Shown: positions 1 through 11,800 of the stretch, in pieces
How the letters are laid out: each line of letters begins with the position of its first letter
Position numbering within the stretch: position 1 is the first letter of the stretch
Assembly: GCA_034520965.1 (NCBI GenBank)
Contig: JAXHMY010000001.1
Location: 416,001 to 480,000 of the forward strand
Direction: 5' to 3'
DNA length: 64,000 bases
Origin: Spirochaetia bacterium
GTDB lineage: Bacteria > Spirochaetota > Spirochaetia > DSM-16054 > Sediminispirochaetaceae
Position numbers and translations under genes: made by a program
Notes under the pieces: generated by a model
Databases searched by the model: none
What the model was told of the DNA's origin: nothing
Seen by the model: only the letters and a program-made list of their open reading frames with translations

Positions 1-1164
1 ACTCATATTCTCCATGGGCCAGCACATTTACAGAGCCCAGGTAAAAATGGCCGGTATTCTCTTTAGCCAGCTCATACATAACAGTCTCAATGCTTGAGAC
101 TGGATAACCGACATCCTCCACATACCTATGGTAGCGCAGAAAATTTACATCGGCTAATTCGGGATCGAATAAAGAACCCTCAAGCCCTGCCGCTCCCCGG
201 GGCAGCAGATCCAAGGCCCGGTACGCCTCTACAGCTAAATTACGAGTCCAGTCAAGACCAAAATATGGATCTTCAATTTCCTTCAACCTTACGGCTCCAG
301 CGATTCCCACGAAAATTAAGGATGCGGCCGTTTCAGAGCGTCAATAGACAACAGGCTATTGGTGTGAGGATAGAGTACCGAATCAACGACCCATTTCGCA
401 AAGCCGGAACAGTTTAATCCGCCCTCCCCGTCTGCGGACTGCCGTCTTTGATGAATACAAATTCACCAAGGGAATTAATCGCCCCATCTTCCGCATCTCG
501 CAGCTGTTTCAGATAAGGCCTCACTTGCTGGAAAAGGTCATCCACAGTAGTCAACTCCGGTAGTGCGAATTCAGCTTTCGGAATATAGAACTCCCAGTCA
601 ATGTACCCCACCGTACGGCGCACAATCTCTGAGTAAGGGCGAGCGGGCGATCTTTTCTATCGACAGGCTTATCTTTACATCCGACTGTACCTTTTTATTT
701 CTCAGAAAGACATCTATCCGACTGCGGTTCTCTCGGTCGGGAAAGATGCGCAAAAAGCTGCCGGCCTCGCTTTTATAGTAGATTTTTATCTGCTCAAGAC
801 TTCCGTCTTCTGCCGATCTTCTAATAATATAGCTGCCGGCGACGGCATCACTAAACTCGATATTAGCTCCATGGTAAAAACAGAAATACACACTTCCGCT
901 CTGTTCCTCCACAAAGAACTGGACAGGGACATCATACCCGGGTTGATTTTCCATCGTCTCTGGTAATTGTCGAGCATCTTCGATAGGTCCCAGAACCTGG
1001 TCAATCAACTGGGACCTTAGAAAGATATTCTCCGGAATTTCAGAAATGGCATGGGCAGCCGGGTCGGGCAAAGCCCAGCCAAGGGTGGAGATACAACTAA
1101 ACAAGATTAGCACACACAGTCTGTGCAGGTTGGATATGCTCATATACTCTTTATATCGACCCAT
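1..1164 (-). CDS. Conserved spirochaete hypothetical exported protein; frameshifted, runs off the window edge
   Basis: ORFs 598-1164 and 414-623 continue in shifted frames into GLNCSGFAKWVVD and EDPYFGLDWTRNLA; N-terminal signal peptide. Confidence 0.65.
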
Positions 1165-1521
1165 TATATCGAGCTACTGAAGGATTTGTCTAAGGTCTCT
1201 TCAAGCTTTTTTTGCTGTTCACGAATTCGGCCCTGCAGCAACAGAAGTTCATTACGAAGGGCCGTGATGTGGGCTCGAGTATTTTTCTCTTCCGAATACA
1301 ACTCCTCCCACAATTTTTCCCGGACCCCGGCCAGGGTAAACTTTTTCTTCTGCAGCAAATACTTAATCCGTAGTAATAAATCCAGCTCCTGCCGTGAATA
1401 TACACGCCGGCCGGCTTGGTCCTTGCGGGGAGAGAATCGGCAGCTCCTGCTCCCAGTATCGAAGCACATGGGGTTTTACTTCGAGAAGTTCACAGACTGT
1501 CCCAATCTGATACCCCGTCAA
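1164..1521 (-). CDS. MerR-family transcriptional regulator (one frameshift near 1430)
   Basis: TTG start gives [26 protein letters not shown], which joins ..[20 protein letters not shown] in ORF 1164-1469. Confidence 0.8.
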
Positions 1522-1533
1522 GCTCGTCCTCGC

Positions 1534-2886
1534 TTAAGTTTGATGGCCGGAACGCTCCCGCAGATCAACTGTAATTGGAACATTGGTAAAACCAAGCTCT
1601 TTGCGGATGCTGTTGGTCAAATACTGTACATAAGATTTAGGGAAACCCTTTTTACGGTTCACAAATATCAAGAACCTCACCGGACTGCTTCCGACCTGGG
1701 TGGCATAATAAACCTTAAAATGGCCCTGTGTACCTCGGGGCGGCTGCAAATGGTCTGTTAAATCTTGAATAAGCTCATTCACCACTGGTGTTTCTATCCG
1801 GCGATTCAGCTGTTTCCATACCGAATACACATTGCTCAACAGCTTTTCAATTCCCTCTCCTGTTTTTGCAGAAATCGGTACTGTTGGAGCAAAGCTGAGA
1901 ATTGGAAATACATACCGCACCCGATCCTGGATTGCCTGCATTTGGTTCGGCATCTCTTTTACTTTATCCCACTTATTAAGGACAATTATAATTCCCTTTC
2001 CCCGCTTAACCGCCTGCTGGGCAATTTTCTTATCCTGATCGGTAAGCCCCTCCACTGCATCGATGATCAGCAAAACTACATCGCTTACTTCAATTGTTTT
2101 AAAGGCCCGGTTCACCGAATAATACTCGACAGACTCCTGCACCTTTTTTTTACGGCGGATTCCGGCAGTGTCCATTACTTGAAACAGAGTTCCCCGGTGG
2201 CGAAATCGGCCTTCAATTACATCCCGTGTAGTTCCGGGTATTTCCGACACAATTGAAGACTCTGAGCCAATAAGATAATTAGACAGGGTAGATTTTCCGG
2301 TATTCGGCTTACCAAGCACCGCAATTCTGATATAGGGCTCATCCTCGACCTCTTCATCAATACCCGAAAAATCGATTACCTCTTCAATTTTTTCTTCCAG
2401 GTCATCGATACCTGTTCCATGGGCTGCAGAAATGCCCACCACATGTTCAAAGCCAAGGGAGTAAAAATCCCACAGAAGGCCTTCCCGCTGCTGATTATCT
2501 ACTTTATTTACCACAACTATAAGCCTGTCGGTATAGGTGCGGATTTTTTCGACAAATTCCTCGTCCTCTGCAGTATATTCATTGATATCCAACATCAGCA
2601 GGACTAAATCTACATCTTTGAGAAGGGCGAGGCTCTTTTCACGGACCAGCGATTCAATGTCCACCGCGTCCACACGATACCCTCCGGTATCGATAAGCTC
2701 TACCGCATGGTCGGCAATCACTGCCGGCTCGTGGACTGCGTCCCGAGTCACCCCTGGTGTGGGGTCAGTTATAGCTCTGCGCCGCCCGACTAAGCGGTTA
2801 AACAGAGTTGATTTGCCTACATTCGGGCGCCCGACAATGGCTATTTTTATACCCGATGAGCTATTATATGAGGTCGAACCGTTCAT
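1534..2886 (-). CDS. der: Ribosome biogenesis GTPase Der
   Basis: Two G domains (GRPNVGKS, GKPNTGKS, DTAG, NKWD) and C-terminal KH-like domain. Confidence 0.97.
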   Translation of the reverse strand: MNGSTSYNSSSGIKIAIVGRPNVGKSTLFNRLVGRRRAITDPTPGVTRDAVHEPAVIADHAVELIDTGGYRVDAVDIESLVREKSLALLKDVDLVLLMLDINEYTAEDEEFVEKIRTYTDRLIVVVNKVDNQQREGLLWDFYSLGFEHVVGISAAHGTGIDDLEEKIEEVIDFSGIDEEVEDEPYIRIAVLGKPNTGKSTLSNYLIGSESSIVSEIPGTTRDVIEGRFRHRGTLFQVMDTAGIRRKKKVQESVEYYSVNRAFKTIEVSDVVLLIIDAVEGLTDQDKKIAQQAVKRGKGIIIVLNKWDKVKEMPNQMQAIQDRVRYVFPILSFAPTVPISAKTGEGIEKLLSNVYSVWKQLNRRIETPVVNELIQDLTDHLQPPRGTQGHFKVYYATQVGSSPVRFLIFVNRKKGFPKSYVQYLTNSIRKELGFTNVPITVDLRERSGHQT

Positions 2887-4603
2887 TCATCCATTTCCTT
2901 ACTAGTGAGTCTATCTCCGCAGCTGATTTCATTTCCATAACAATGCCGGTCAGCTCCTCGGCCTCCGACATGCTTACGGAACGAATAATCTTTTTTACTT
3001 CGGGGATGGTAAATGCGCTCATGCTGAAAATATCAAGACCAAGTCCCAGCAAGAGTACTGTTGCCAGCGGGTAGCCGGCCATTTCTCCGCACATTCCCAC
3101 CGGTATACTGGCAGAATGGGCGCTGTCAATCACAATTTTCAATAAACGCAATACTCCGGGATGAAAAGGTTCATATAAATAGGCAATTTTCTCATTACCA
3201 CGATCTACCGCTATTGTATATTGTATCAGGTCATTAGTTCCAATCGAGAAAAAATCAACTTTTTTAGCCAGAAGATCAGCCGTGAGGGCTGCAGCGGGGA
3301 CTTCGATCATAATACCAACCGGAAAATCCTCCTTAAATGTAATCCCCTCTTTTTTTAACTCCTGCTTTACCGAATCGAGCACTTCAAGTACGTTGTCGAG
3401 CTCTTCAACCCCTGAAATCATCGGAAACATTATTCGCAAATCGCCATATACCGATGCCCTCAGCATAGCCCGCAGTTGGGTTCTAAACAGATCTTTACGG
3501 GAGAGGCAAAACCTGACTGCCCGCCAACCGAGGATAGGGTTCTTTTCGTCTAAGCCTTCTAATCCCGGTATAACCTTATCACCACCGATATCCAGGGTTC
3601 GCAGGGTGACTCCGCCATGTCCCTCCATGTCCTGCAGAACTCGTGAATATTCTTCAAACTGGACATCCTCCGAGGGAAACCCACCCGGTTGCAAAAACAG
3701 ATATTCGGTTCTATACAGCCCAATTCCATCGGCCCCGTGGGCAAGTACCGATTCTGTTTCATCGGGAACCTCAATATTACCCTTCAGAAGGATATGTTTT
3801 CCGTCCTTAGTCTCCGCGGCCAATTCATTCAGCGACAGAAGCTGCATCTCACGCCGCTGCCACTCTTTCATTTTATGCTCGTACTTTTTGCGGGTTTCAG
3901 TATCCGGATTAAGAATCACCGTACCTTCATTACCGTTTACTATTGCCTCATCACCGTTACGGGCATGTTTAGTAATGGTCGAAATACCAAGCACCGCCGG
4001 TATTTCAAAAGCCCGGGTCAGTATCGCTGTATGGCTTGTTCTCCCACCCATATCCATAGCAATTGCCCGCACCGCACTTCTATTCAGTGTTAACGCATCC
4101 GAGGGGAGCAAATTATGGGTCACCAGAACCACATCCTCTTGAATATCTACCAGTGAAATGCGTTCACGGTAAAGAAGATGATTATGGATTCGCTTGGCTA
4201 CATCATGAATATCGATTGTACGCTCTTTTAAATACGTATCCTGCGAAGATTCGAGCATTCTGACCAGCTCTTTCGCGGTTTTATACAAGACCCACTCTAC
4301 ATTCATCTGATCCGATCGCAGATTATCTTCAATACGCTTGGTAAACTCCGGATCCTTCAGCATAAGCAAATGTGAATCCAGTAGACGGCTCTCTTCCGAG
4401 CCCATCGAGCTGTTTGCCTGCTGCTGCAGAGCCTGGATCTCATCCCCCGCCTTATCAGCTGCCGAATGAAACCTCTCCAGCTCTGCTTCTACATCTTCGG
4501 GTTGAATCTCATATTTAGGGACTTGCGAAATCTCATCGAGATAAAGAAATATTTTTCCAATATATATCCCCGGCGAGGCGGATATACCTTTAAACGTTTT
4601 CAT
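2864..4603 (-). CDS. ptsI: PTS enzyme I
   Basis: GGRTSHTAI phospho-His motif, GIGLYRTE, FSIGTNDLIQY, GMCGE. Confidence 0.97.
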   Translation of the reverse strand: MKTFKGISASPGIYIGKIFLYLDEISQVPKYEIQPEDVEAELERFHSAADKAGDEIQALQQQANSSMGSEESRLLDSHLLMLKDPEFTKRIEDNLRSDQMNVEWVLYKTAKELVRMLESSQDTYLKERTIDIHDVAKRIHNHLLYRERISLVDIQEDVVLVTHNLLPSDALTLNRSAVRAIAMDMGGRTSHTAILTRAFEIPAVLGISTITKHARNGDEAIVNGNEGTVILNPDTETRKKYEHKMKEWQRREMQLLSLNELAAETKDGKHILLKGNIEVPDETESVLAHGADGIGLYRTEYLFLQPGGFPSEDVQFEEYSRVLQDMEGHGGVTLRTLDIGGDKVIPGLEGLDEKNPILGWRAVRFCLSRKDLFRTQLRAMLRASVYGDLRIMFPMISGVEELDNVLEVLDSVKQELKKEGITFKEDFPVGIMIEVPAAALTADLLAKKVDFFSIGTNDLIQYTIAVDRGNEKIAYLYEPFHPGVLRLLKIVIDSAHSASIPVGMCGEMAGYPLATVLLLGLGLDIFSMSAFTIPEVKKIIRSVSMSEAEELTGIVMEMKSAAEIDSLVRKWMNERFDLI

Positions 4604-4612
4604 TGTGCCCTT

Positions 4613-4641
4613 ACTATACGAAGTTTTGACTATACTGTCAA
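4613..4641 (-). promoter_or_regulatory. sigma70 promoter of ptsI-der
   Basis: TTGACA-17 nt-TATAGT. Confidence 0.7.
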
Positions 4642-4696
4642 ATTGCCGGTCGGCATTCCCACAAGTTATGATTAAACTTTTAAAGATAAATTACTT

Positions 4697-4764
4697 CTGG
4701 CGAATTCAAAACTGGCGATTTCAAAAATCACAGATTTTTGAAACGCCTTGATTTTTGAAACGCC
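4697..4764. repeat. Two direct plus two inverted copies of a ~15-bp motif GGCG(A)TTTCAAAAATC
   Basis: ctggcgaattcaaaa, ctggcgatttcaaaaatc, then gatttttgaaacgcc twice. Confidence 0.75.
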
Positions 4765-4776
4765 GTAACAAAATGT

Positions 4777-4828
4777 GAGCATTCTAAATTTGAAAATTTA
4801 ATTTAAATTTTCAAATTTAGAATTGCTG
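4777..4828. repeat. 52-bp palindromic element, copy A
   Basis: Perfect 20-bp inverted repeat 4781-4800/4804-4823; homologous to 40246-40297. Confidence 0.8.
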
Positions 4829-4847
4829 TGCCGATACAAAGGATGGA

Positions 4848-5681
4848 ATGGCAAAGAAAAAAAAAGCATCATTAGGCTGTCTATTTTGGGTTGCATTGAT
4901 TTTACTCGTTTTAGTGGTTTTCTTATTTAACCGTGAGCGGATAAATACGGTTCTCGACGAGACCGGATTCAGGGAATATCTCTTTACCCAGAAGACCCAG
5001 GAGCCCGAAGTACAGCGGGTTGAACCGGAAGCTGAGCAGCCGAGCACACCGGAGGCAGAACAACAGGACAACTCTACCCGCTCCGGTGATCAACCCGAAA
5101 CTCCTCGCCCTAAAGATGAAGAAGAGAGCAAGGACGAGGAAGAGCAGCAGGTTGAAATTAAGGTTGACACACCTGAAGAGGACGAATCGGCCTCTTCAGA
5201 CAGTTCCACCGAAGGCTCCGAAAAACCGCGTATCGATAAACGCATGCGCAAATCGGCGCTTTACTTCGTAGAGATAACCGATTCCGGCAGTATAAAACTG
5301 CAGCGCATTGTGCGCCCTATTTATTACAACGATTCTCCTCTTACGGAAACTTTGCAGACCTTGCTTGAAGGTCTGACGGCCGATGAACTGAATCAGGGGC
5401 TTCTTAACCTGATACCTCAGGACAGTAGAATTCGCAAAGTATGGGTAGAGGACAGTACCGCTTATATCGACTTTAATGAAGCAATAAGATTCAATCAGTT
5501 TGGCACTGAAGGGCTACATACCCAATTGCGCCAACTTGTGTACACTGCTACTGAGTTCCAAACGGTAGATTCGGTGCAAATACTTATAAACGGGAACAAA
5601 ATAGACTATTTAGCGAGTGAAGGCATCTTTGTCGGAAAACCCCTCACCCGTGAAGATGTTGCACGGACCCCCGGTGAGTAA
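4848..5681 (+). CDS. GerMN-domain membrane-anchored protein
   Basis: N-terminal TM, acidic linker, C-terminal LRQLVYTATEFQTVDSVQILING typical of GerMN. Confidence 0.8.
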   Translation: MAKKKKASLGCLFWVALILLVLVVFLFNRERINTVLDETGFREYLFTQKTQEPEVQRVEPEAEQPSTPEAEQQDNSTRSGDQPETPRPKDEEESKDEEEQQVEIKVDTPEEDESASSDSSTEGSEKPRIDKRMRKSALYFVEITDSGSIKLQRIVRPIYYNDSPLTETLQTLLEGLTADELNQGLLNLIPQDSRIRKVWVEDSTAYIDFNEAIRFNQFGTEGLHTQLRQLVYTATEFQTVDSVQILINGNKIDYLASEGIFVGKPLTREDVARTPGE

Positions 5682-6386
5682 AAGCAAAAACTCTCGATTG
5701 CCCTTTCGCCCTGAAACTGGAGAGGGAACAACAGCACGTACCTGCAGCCCTTCCTCTTTCAGATAGTCTGTTACCTCTTGGAGGATTCTATAGGCATCCT
5801 CCTCCGCACGAACCACCCCATTAAACGCCTCCAACTGTTCCGAGGCTGCTTCAAACTGGGGCTTGAGCAGCCCAACCATCCACTGCTCAGTTGTCAAACT
5901 GATGATATGCGCAGCCGCGCCCCGAAGTGAACGAAAAGAGAGGTCTGCAACAGCCGCGTGGGGCGGCGGGCTCAGCTCTTGTACGTGCATGATGTTTGTA
6001 CGCTCTAACACAAGCACCCGTGGGTCTTTCCGCAATGAGTAATATAGCTGGTTGTACCCCACATCAACAGCATGTACCTTCTGCGCACCATACTGCAGCA
6101 GACAATCGGTAAAGCCTCCTGTGGAGGCCCCGGCATCCAGGAAAACCCTTCCTTCCACCGGTAATTGCCACATCGTTAAGGCAGCTTCAAGCTTCAAGCC
6201 GCCCCGGGAAACATACTTGCGCTGCTCAAACCTGATTTCCGAATCGATGGGCACCTTAAACTGAGGATCCCGATGATGTTCGCCGTTTACCGCAACTTCA
6301 CCACATAATATCCTCGCATACAAAGCTTTCCGGCTAAACTGTGGAAACTTGTTGTGCAGTAGTTGTAACAGAGGCAATTTCTTCAT
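5610..6386 (-). CDS. tlyA: TlyA-family rRNA methyltransferase
   Basis: YVSRGGLKL, LDAGASTGGFTD, AVDVGYNQL, KPQFE, GNREF. Confidence 0.93.
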   Translation of the reverse strand: MKKLPLLQLLHNKFPQFSRKALYARILCGEVAVNGEHHRDPQFKVPIDSEIRFEQRKYVSRGGLKLEAALTMWQLPVEGRVFLDAGASTGGFTDCLLQYGAQKVHAVDVGYNQLYYSLRKDPRVLVLERTNIMHVQELSPPPHAAVADLSFRSLRGAAAHIISLTTEQWMVGLLKPQFEAASEQLEAFNGVVRAEEDAYRILQEVTDYLKEEGLQVRAVVPSPVSGRKGNREFLLLLTGGPCNIFTGEGFSDKDAFTR

Positions 6387-6418
6387 ATTCAGTGCATTTT
6401 TCTATACAAATATAGCCA

Positions 6419-7214
6419 TTAGACTAGTGATGTTTCTGAAATACGTTCTATTTTGGTCGCCTTACCTGTTTTTACGTCAATCACCACTTTGATTCCCTGA
6501 ATTACCGCTGAAGTATCAGAGACTTCCATCTTTAAAGGCATCTGACTGAGAGATCGCTGGACGGAAATTTCCTTTGAACTTCCAATTACGCTATCATCAG
6601 GACCGCACATCCCCATATCGGTTATATAGGCACAGCCCTGGGGCATGATTTTCTCGTCTGCGGTTTGAATATGGGTATGGGTACCAATCAAAGCACTTAT
6701 CTGCCCGTCTAAATGAAAGGCCAGGGACTCTTTTTCTCCCACCGATTCGGCATGAAAATCAGTCAGAATAACTTTCGTCTGAGTCTGTAATTTCCGGGCA
6801 ATTTCCTTACCTGTACGAAACGGACAGTCAATAGAGCGCATGTCCTCGCGACCCTGTAAATTCATTACAGCTACAGGAGTAGATTTCACATTTACCACCA
6901 CTGACCCTTTACCGGGGGTACCCGGCGGGTAGTTTGCAGGGCGCAGAATTGGCTGATCGGAATCGAGCAGCTTCACAATCTCGCGTCGATGCCAAATATG
7001 ATTTCCTGAAGTAATCACATCTACTCCCAGCGAAAAAAGCTGCTCCGCAATTTCTTCGGTAATGCCGAGACCTTCTGCCGCATTTTCTCCATTCACAATT
7101 ACAATATCCGCTTTGTGAGCCTTACGCAAAGAGGCTAACCTGGTGAATAATGCCCGTACCCCGGGGGTGCCAAAGACATCCCCGAGGAGCAGAGCAGTAA
7201 TTTTATCTAGGCAT
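6419..7214 (-). CDS. ymdB: YmdB-like (TIGR00282) metallophosphoesterase
   Basis: LGDVFG, NGEN, SGNH, DFHAE, GTHTH motifs; start probably overlaps the rny stop with a 1-nt indel. Confidence 0.9.
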
Positions 7215-8733
7215 ATTCGATAACCCGAGTCTCCCGTATTATTGTAACTTTTATTCTTCCGGGATATCGCAGTTCTGCCTCAATTTTCTTGGCAACTTCC
7301 TTGGCCAGTTCCTTCGCCCTCTGATCATTCACCGAATCGTTGTTTACCATGATGCGAAGTTCACGACCCGCCTGAATAGCAAACGCCTTTTCGACACCTT
7401 CAAAGCTCTCGGAAATCTGTTCAAGGTTTTCTAAACGTTTTATATAATTGTTGATGGTCTCCCGTCGTGCCCCCGGGCGGGAGGCGGAAATTGCATCGGC
7501 TACCTGTACAATGATAGATTCTACACAGTTCGGCTCTACATCATTATGATGAGAGAGAATTGAGTTTACAACCCGTTCATCTTCACCCATCTGTTTTGCG
7601 AGTTCAGCACCTAATTCTGCGTGGTTACTGTCACTTTCGGTTTCAATTCCCTTCCCGATATCGTGCAGCAAACCGCCGCGTTTGGCTATCTCTCTGTTCG
7701 CACCCACTTCCGCCGCTAACATTCCCGAAAGTATCGCAACCTCTTTTGCATGGGCCAGCACATTTTGGCCGTAGCTGGTCCTATAGTGCAGTCTGCCGAG
7801 GGCTCGAATTCCATCCTGGCTGACATTGTGCACACCAAGATCAAAAATTACCTTCTCACCTTCTTCATAGATGATTTGGTTAATTTCCTTTCCGACCTTC
7901 TGCACGACCTCTTCAATACGAGCAGGGTGAATGCGCCCGTCTTGAATGAGCCTTTCTAGGGCAACTTTGGCAATTTCTTTTCGTACAGGGTCAAAGCAGG
8001 ATAATACCACTGCCTCTGGGGTATCATCGATAATGATATCTACACCGGTGAGTGTCTCTAGGGTGCGGATATTACGCCCTTCACGGCCGATTATGCGGCC
8101 CTTCATCTCGTCATTCGGCAAGCTTACTGAACTGATCGATACATCGCCGCTCACTTCGGTGGCTAAGCGCTGAATCGAGGTTACAATAATATCACGGGCC
8201 TTTTTCTCTCCCGCCGCCTGTGCTTCCTGTTCAATCTTATTCATTACAACTTGAGCATCATGCTCGGCTTCCTGTTTCATTGAAGTAATAATGAGTTCTT
8301 TCGCCTGGTCTTTCGTAAGACCTGCGATTTTCTCCAACTCCTGCTTCCAATGCTCTTCTTGCTGTAATAAATATGATTCTTTCTCTTTTAATATCCCCTC
8401 TCGGTCTGATAAAGCATGCTTCTGGCTATCTACATCAACCTGTTTTTTCTCCAGGCCCTCTTCTCTCTGTAACAACCTTCGTTCAAAACGTTGCAGCTCA
8501 TTTCGTCTTTCTCGAAACTCACGTTCCTGTTGATTACGTTCTTTCAACAGTTCGTCTTTGGTTTCAATGAGAAGCTCCCGCTTTTTTGCTTCGGCTTCTT
8601 TTATCGCCTCTTGCTTAACACGCTCTGCTTTCTGTTCTGAAGAAGAAAGCTGAAATCTGGCATATAGCCATCTTATTGTCCATCCCAGAATCAAACCTAA
8701 GAGAGGAAGCGTTATTGTCAAGATTAGTGACAT
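7207..8733 (-). CDS. rny: Ribonuclease Y
   Basis: N-terminal TM, coiled coil, KH (KGRIIGREGRNI), HD (LLHDIGK). Confidence 0.97.
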   Translation of the reverse strand: MSLILTITLPLLGLILGWTIRWLYARFQLSSSEQKAERVKQEAIKEAEAKKRELLIETKDELLKERNQQEREFRERRNELQRFERRLLQREEGLEKKQVDVDSQKHALSDREGILKEKESYLLQQEEHWKQELEKIAGLTKDQAKELIITSMKQEAEHDAQVVMNKIEQEAQAAGEKKARDIIVTSIQRLATEVSGDVSISSVSLPNDEMKGRIIGREGRNIRTLETLTGVDIIIDDTPEAVVLSCFDPVRKEIAKVALERLIQDGRIHPARIEEVVQKVGKEINQIIYEEGEKVIFDLGVHNVSQDGIRALGRLHYRTSYGQNVLAHAKEVAILSGMLAAEVGANREIAKRGGLLHDIGKGIETESDSNHAELGAELAKQMGEDERVVNSILSHHNDVEPNCVESIIVQVADAISASRPGARRETINNYIKRLENLEQISESFEGVEKAFAIQAGRELRIMVNNDSVNDQRAKELAKEVAKKIEAELRYPGRIKVTIIRETRVIEYA

Positions 8734-8762
8734 CGTCTTCCTCCACCTTTAGATTAAAGTTC

Positions 8763-8791
8763 ATAATATAGTTTGGTTATGTATATGTCAA
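8763..8791 (-). promoter_or_regulatory. sigma70 promoter of rny
   Basis: TTGACA-17 nt-TATTAT. Confidence 0.7.
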
Positions 8792-8851
8792 GGATTATAT
8801 CAAAGAGATACTAATTTAACTTTTTAGAACTTTTCGTAACAACAATGTTAT

Positions 8852-11800
8852 CTACATTACTGATAAAGCCTTCAGAATACTCTCAATATCAGCTGCAACT
8901 TTCTTCAACCCCAAATACAGAAAGGCTTCACCCCCCTGGAAAATAGCCGGAATGAATAAAACTGCGTTGATGTACTCCCTATCCCGGTCGCTGACTATTC
9001 CATGCAGATATTTCTGAGCCTGTTCAAGGTCAAAGATAACCGGCTGACGAGCCGCAAGGAAACGCTGGTAGAGTTCATCATTTCGCCGCACGACAACATT
9101 CGAAGTAAGCTCTTTATCGAATCCAACTGAATCGTAAATAATCCAGTTGTCCCCCTGCCTCGCTAAAATTGCTGCATACAATGCATCAGTACGCTGTGAA
9201 ATCTTCATCAATGATTTAAGCATCCCGATTTTTCCGCTTCGATAGCGCTCAAGGAATACGTCATACTGAAAACCGTTTTCGTTTAGAAGCGCATTATTTG
9301 AAGCTGCCGGCAGCCCGAGGGCCGAATCATCTCTGCTCTCTGCCTCATCCTCCATAGTAAAAGATAAGTCCACATCCCCGAATCCAATAATACTTTCTAA
9401 ACTTGAACTATCTTTGCGGTCCTGATCCTTTTCTTTATCTTTCCCTTTATCTTTATCAATAACCGAGTTCACTAACTCCGACAAATCATTGTTCGAAGGC
9501 TGAACGGTAGGTTTGAATATTGATTCATCAACCTGAAAGGTTCCATCCTGGTACACAATGGCGTCTGATTTTTTCTCTTCAGCTGATACCGAAGGCATTT
9601 CAAAAACTTTCTGAAGTTGAAATCTATATACACCTTTTTCAAGTTCCTGGCCTGGAATCTCGGCAACAGCTTCATCCACATCCTGTAGCTCCTCTACTTC
9701 TTCTATTTCCTCGATCTCTTCAAGTTCTTCGATATCTTCCAGCTCTTCCAGCTCTTCCAGCTCTTCAAGTTCCTCCACGTTATCTTCTTCTATATCCTCT
9801 TGTGCCTCATCTGCATCACTTTGCACGTTATCCTCATTACCAGTACCAGCATCCTCTTCAGGCGTTCCATTTGGAGTACGTGATTCGCCGGCCATAGTAC
9901 TGTCCTCCTTCAGCTCATCTGAGAGTTCCTCAACTTCTTCGATTTCTTCATCCTCCGAGCTAACCACCTCTAAGTATCCCTGCACGGGAACCGTGCTGTA
10001 GTCATAGACTCCAGCTGTATTATATCTGAAATAGGTATCATTTGCAGCACTTTGCATTTGATAGAATGCATCATCTTCATCGCTTACCACTTCGAGCTCT
10101 TCTATCGGTTCATCTTGTACCTGCTCAGATCTAGCCACTACCGATAGGTCAGGTTCCTGGCTCGACTGAATCTCAGTGCTTGGATGTTCAATTTTTTGTA
10201 TACTGAGTATCGCCCGCTCTTTTTGTTCATTTGAAAAAGATCCATAACCTTCAAGGTCTGCATGAATCAGATTGGTAATATCCTCTGCAGGTGTTTCATC
10301 GCTTGCTGCTGCCTGATTCCTTATCATATAATTTCGATGTCTTCTCAATATCTGACTTCGGCCTCTTGCTATCTCTTCAGCTTCCTCGAGTTCTCCGAGC
10401 TCTTCGAGCTCTTCTATCTCTTCAGGCTCTTCTGCCTTCAAGTCTCAGCTTCTTCGGGCTCTCTTCAGCGATCTCTTCTGCTTCCTCGAGCTCACCAGGC
10501 TCTCCTGCCTCCAGCTCTGGCTTCTTCGGATCTCTTCAGCTTCCTCAAGTTCTCCGAGCTCCTCAAGCTCTTCTATTTCTTCAGGCTCTTCTGCTTCATC
10601 TAGCTCGTCGGCTCTTTCGGACTCTTCTGCTTCCTCGGGCTCACCAGGTTCCTCTGCTTCTTCTATCTCTTCAGCTTCCTCAAGTTCTCCGAGCTCTTCA
10701 AGCTCTTCTATTTCTTCAGGTTCTTCTGCTTCAGCAAGCTCATCGCCTCTTTCGGGCTCCGCAGCCTCTTCTGCTTTCAGGGAGCTCGCCAGCTTCCTCA
10801 AGTTCTCCGAGCTCCTCAGCTCTTCTATCTCTTCAGGCTCTTCTGCCTCGGCAAGCTCCTCGGCTTCTTCGGGCTCTTCAGTTTCCTCAGCTTCCTCGAG
10901 TTCTCCGAGCTCCTCGAGCTCTTCTATCTCTTCAGGCTCTTCTGCCTCGGCAAGCTCCTCGGCTTCTGGGGCCTCTTCAGTTTCCTCAGCTTCCTCGAGT
11001 TCTCCGAGCTCCTCGGCTTCCTCAATATCTTCGAGCTCCTCGTGCTCTCGGCAAGCTCCTCGGCTTCTTCGGGCTCTTCTCGGCCTCTTCAAGTTCCTCG
11101 CAGCTTCACTCGAGTTCTTCGGCTCCTCTGCTTCTCTTCAGGCTCCTCGCCGATTCAAAATCTTCAAGTTCTTCGGCTTCTTCGGCAGGTTTCTGTTCTG
11201 TTTTTTGGCTTTGTTTAGGGGTGTTAGGCGTTGGCACCTGAGATTCTATAGATTTTTGTAGTGATAGTATTTTTTGTACAACCTCTTCTATGTTTTCAAT
11301 GCTTACCTGTGAGGATGTTTGCTTTTGGGTTTCACTACGTCCATCAAGTACCTGAAAGATATCCTGCCAACTTTCATCGATCAATTTGTCAATTTTTTCT
11401 TCTTTTTCGCCTTTTATTTTACCAAGGCCCTTTTTCATTTCGCCTTTAAGGGATTGCTTTTTTCTGCTTACTTCGTTCTTTAATTGACGCCAATCTAAAC
11501 GGTCCTGACTTTCAATATAGCCTTTAATAAACTCAAGCTGAAACCGTTTAAGACGGTTACGAATTATAACCTCACGGTCCTGCCGTAAGCTAAAAAGCAA
11601 TAGAAGCAGCAAAAAAACAGTTATACCTGAGGCAGATAGCAGAATTACTTTTAAGACAGCACCAATTTCAAAGAGACCTTGATTAATCAGCAATCCGAGA
11701 TTCCCATAACCGTCGGTTGATGTACTCATTAAAACAAAACGCTGTCCTGTTTTCTCATCATGATATACATATCTTTCGCCAATTAGATTATTGTTCCAAC

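Noticed and set aside
5610..5681. 72-bp convergent overlap of tlyA and the GerMN gene
   Set aside because: Only non-conserved C-terminal tails overlap; common and uninformative.
7205..7214. ymdB apparently lacking an in-frame start
   Set aside because: Removing one base gives rny ending EYAR-stop and ymdB starting MPDKITALLLGD; likely a sequencing insertion.
10291..11241. 316-aa Leu/Ser/Arg-rich plus-strand ORF; repeat region as a possible CRISPR array
   Set aside because: It is the antisense of Glu-rich coding repeats; there are no unique spacers and no cas genes.
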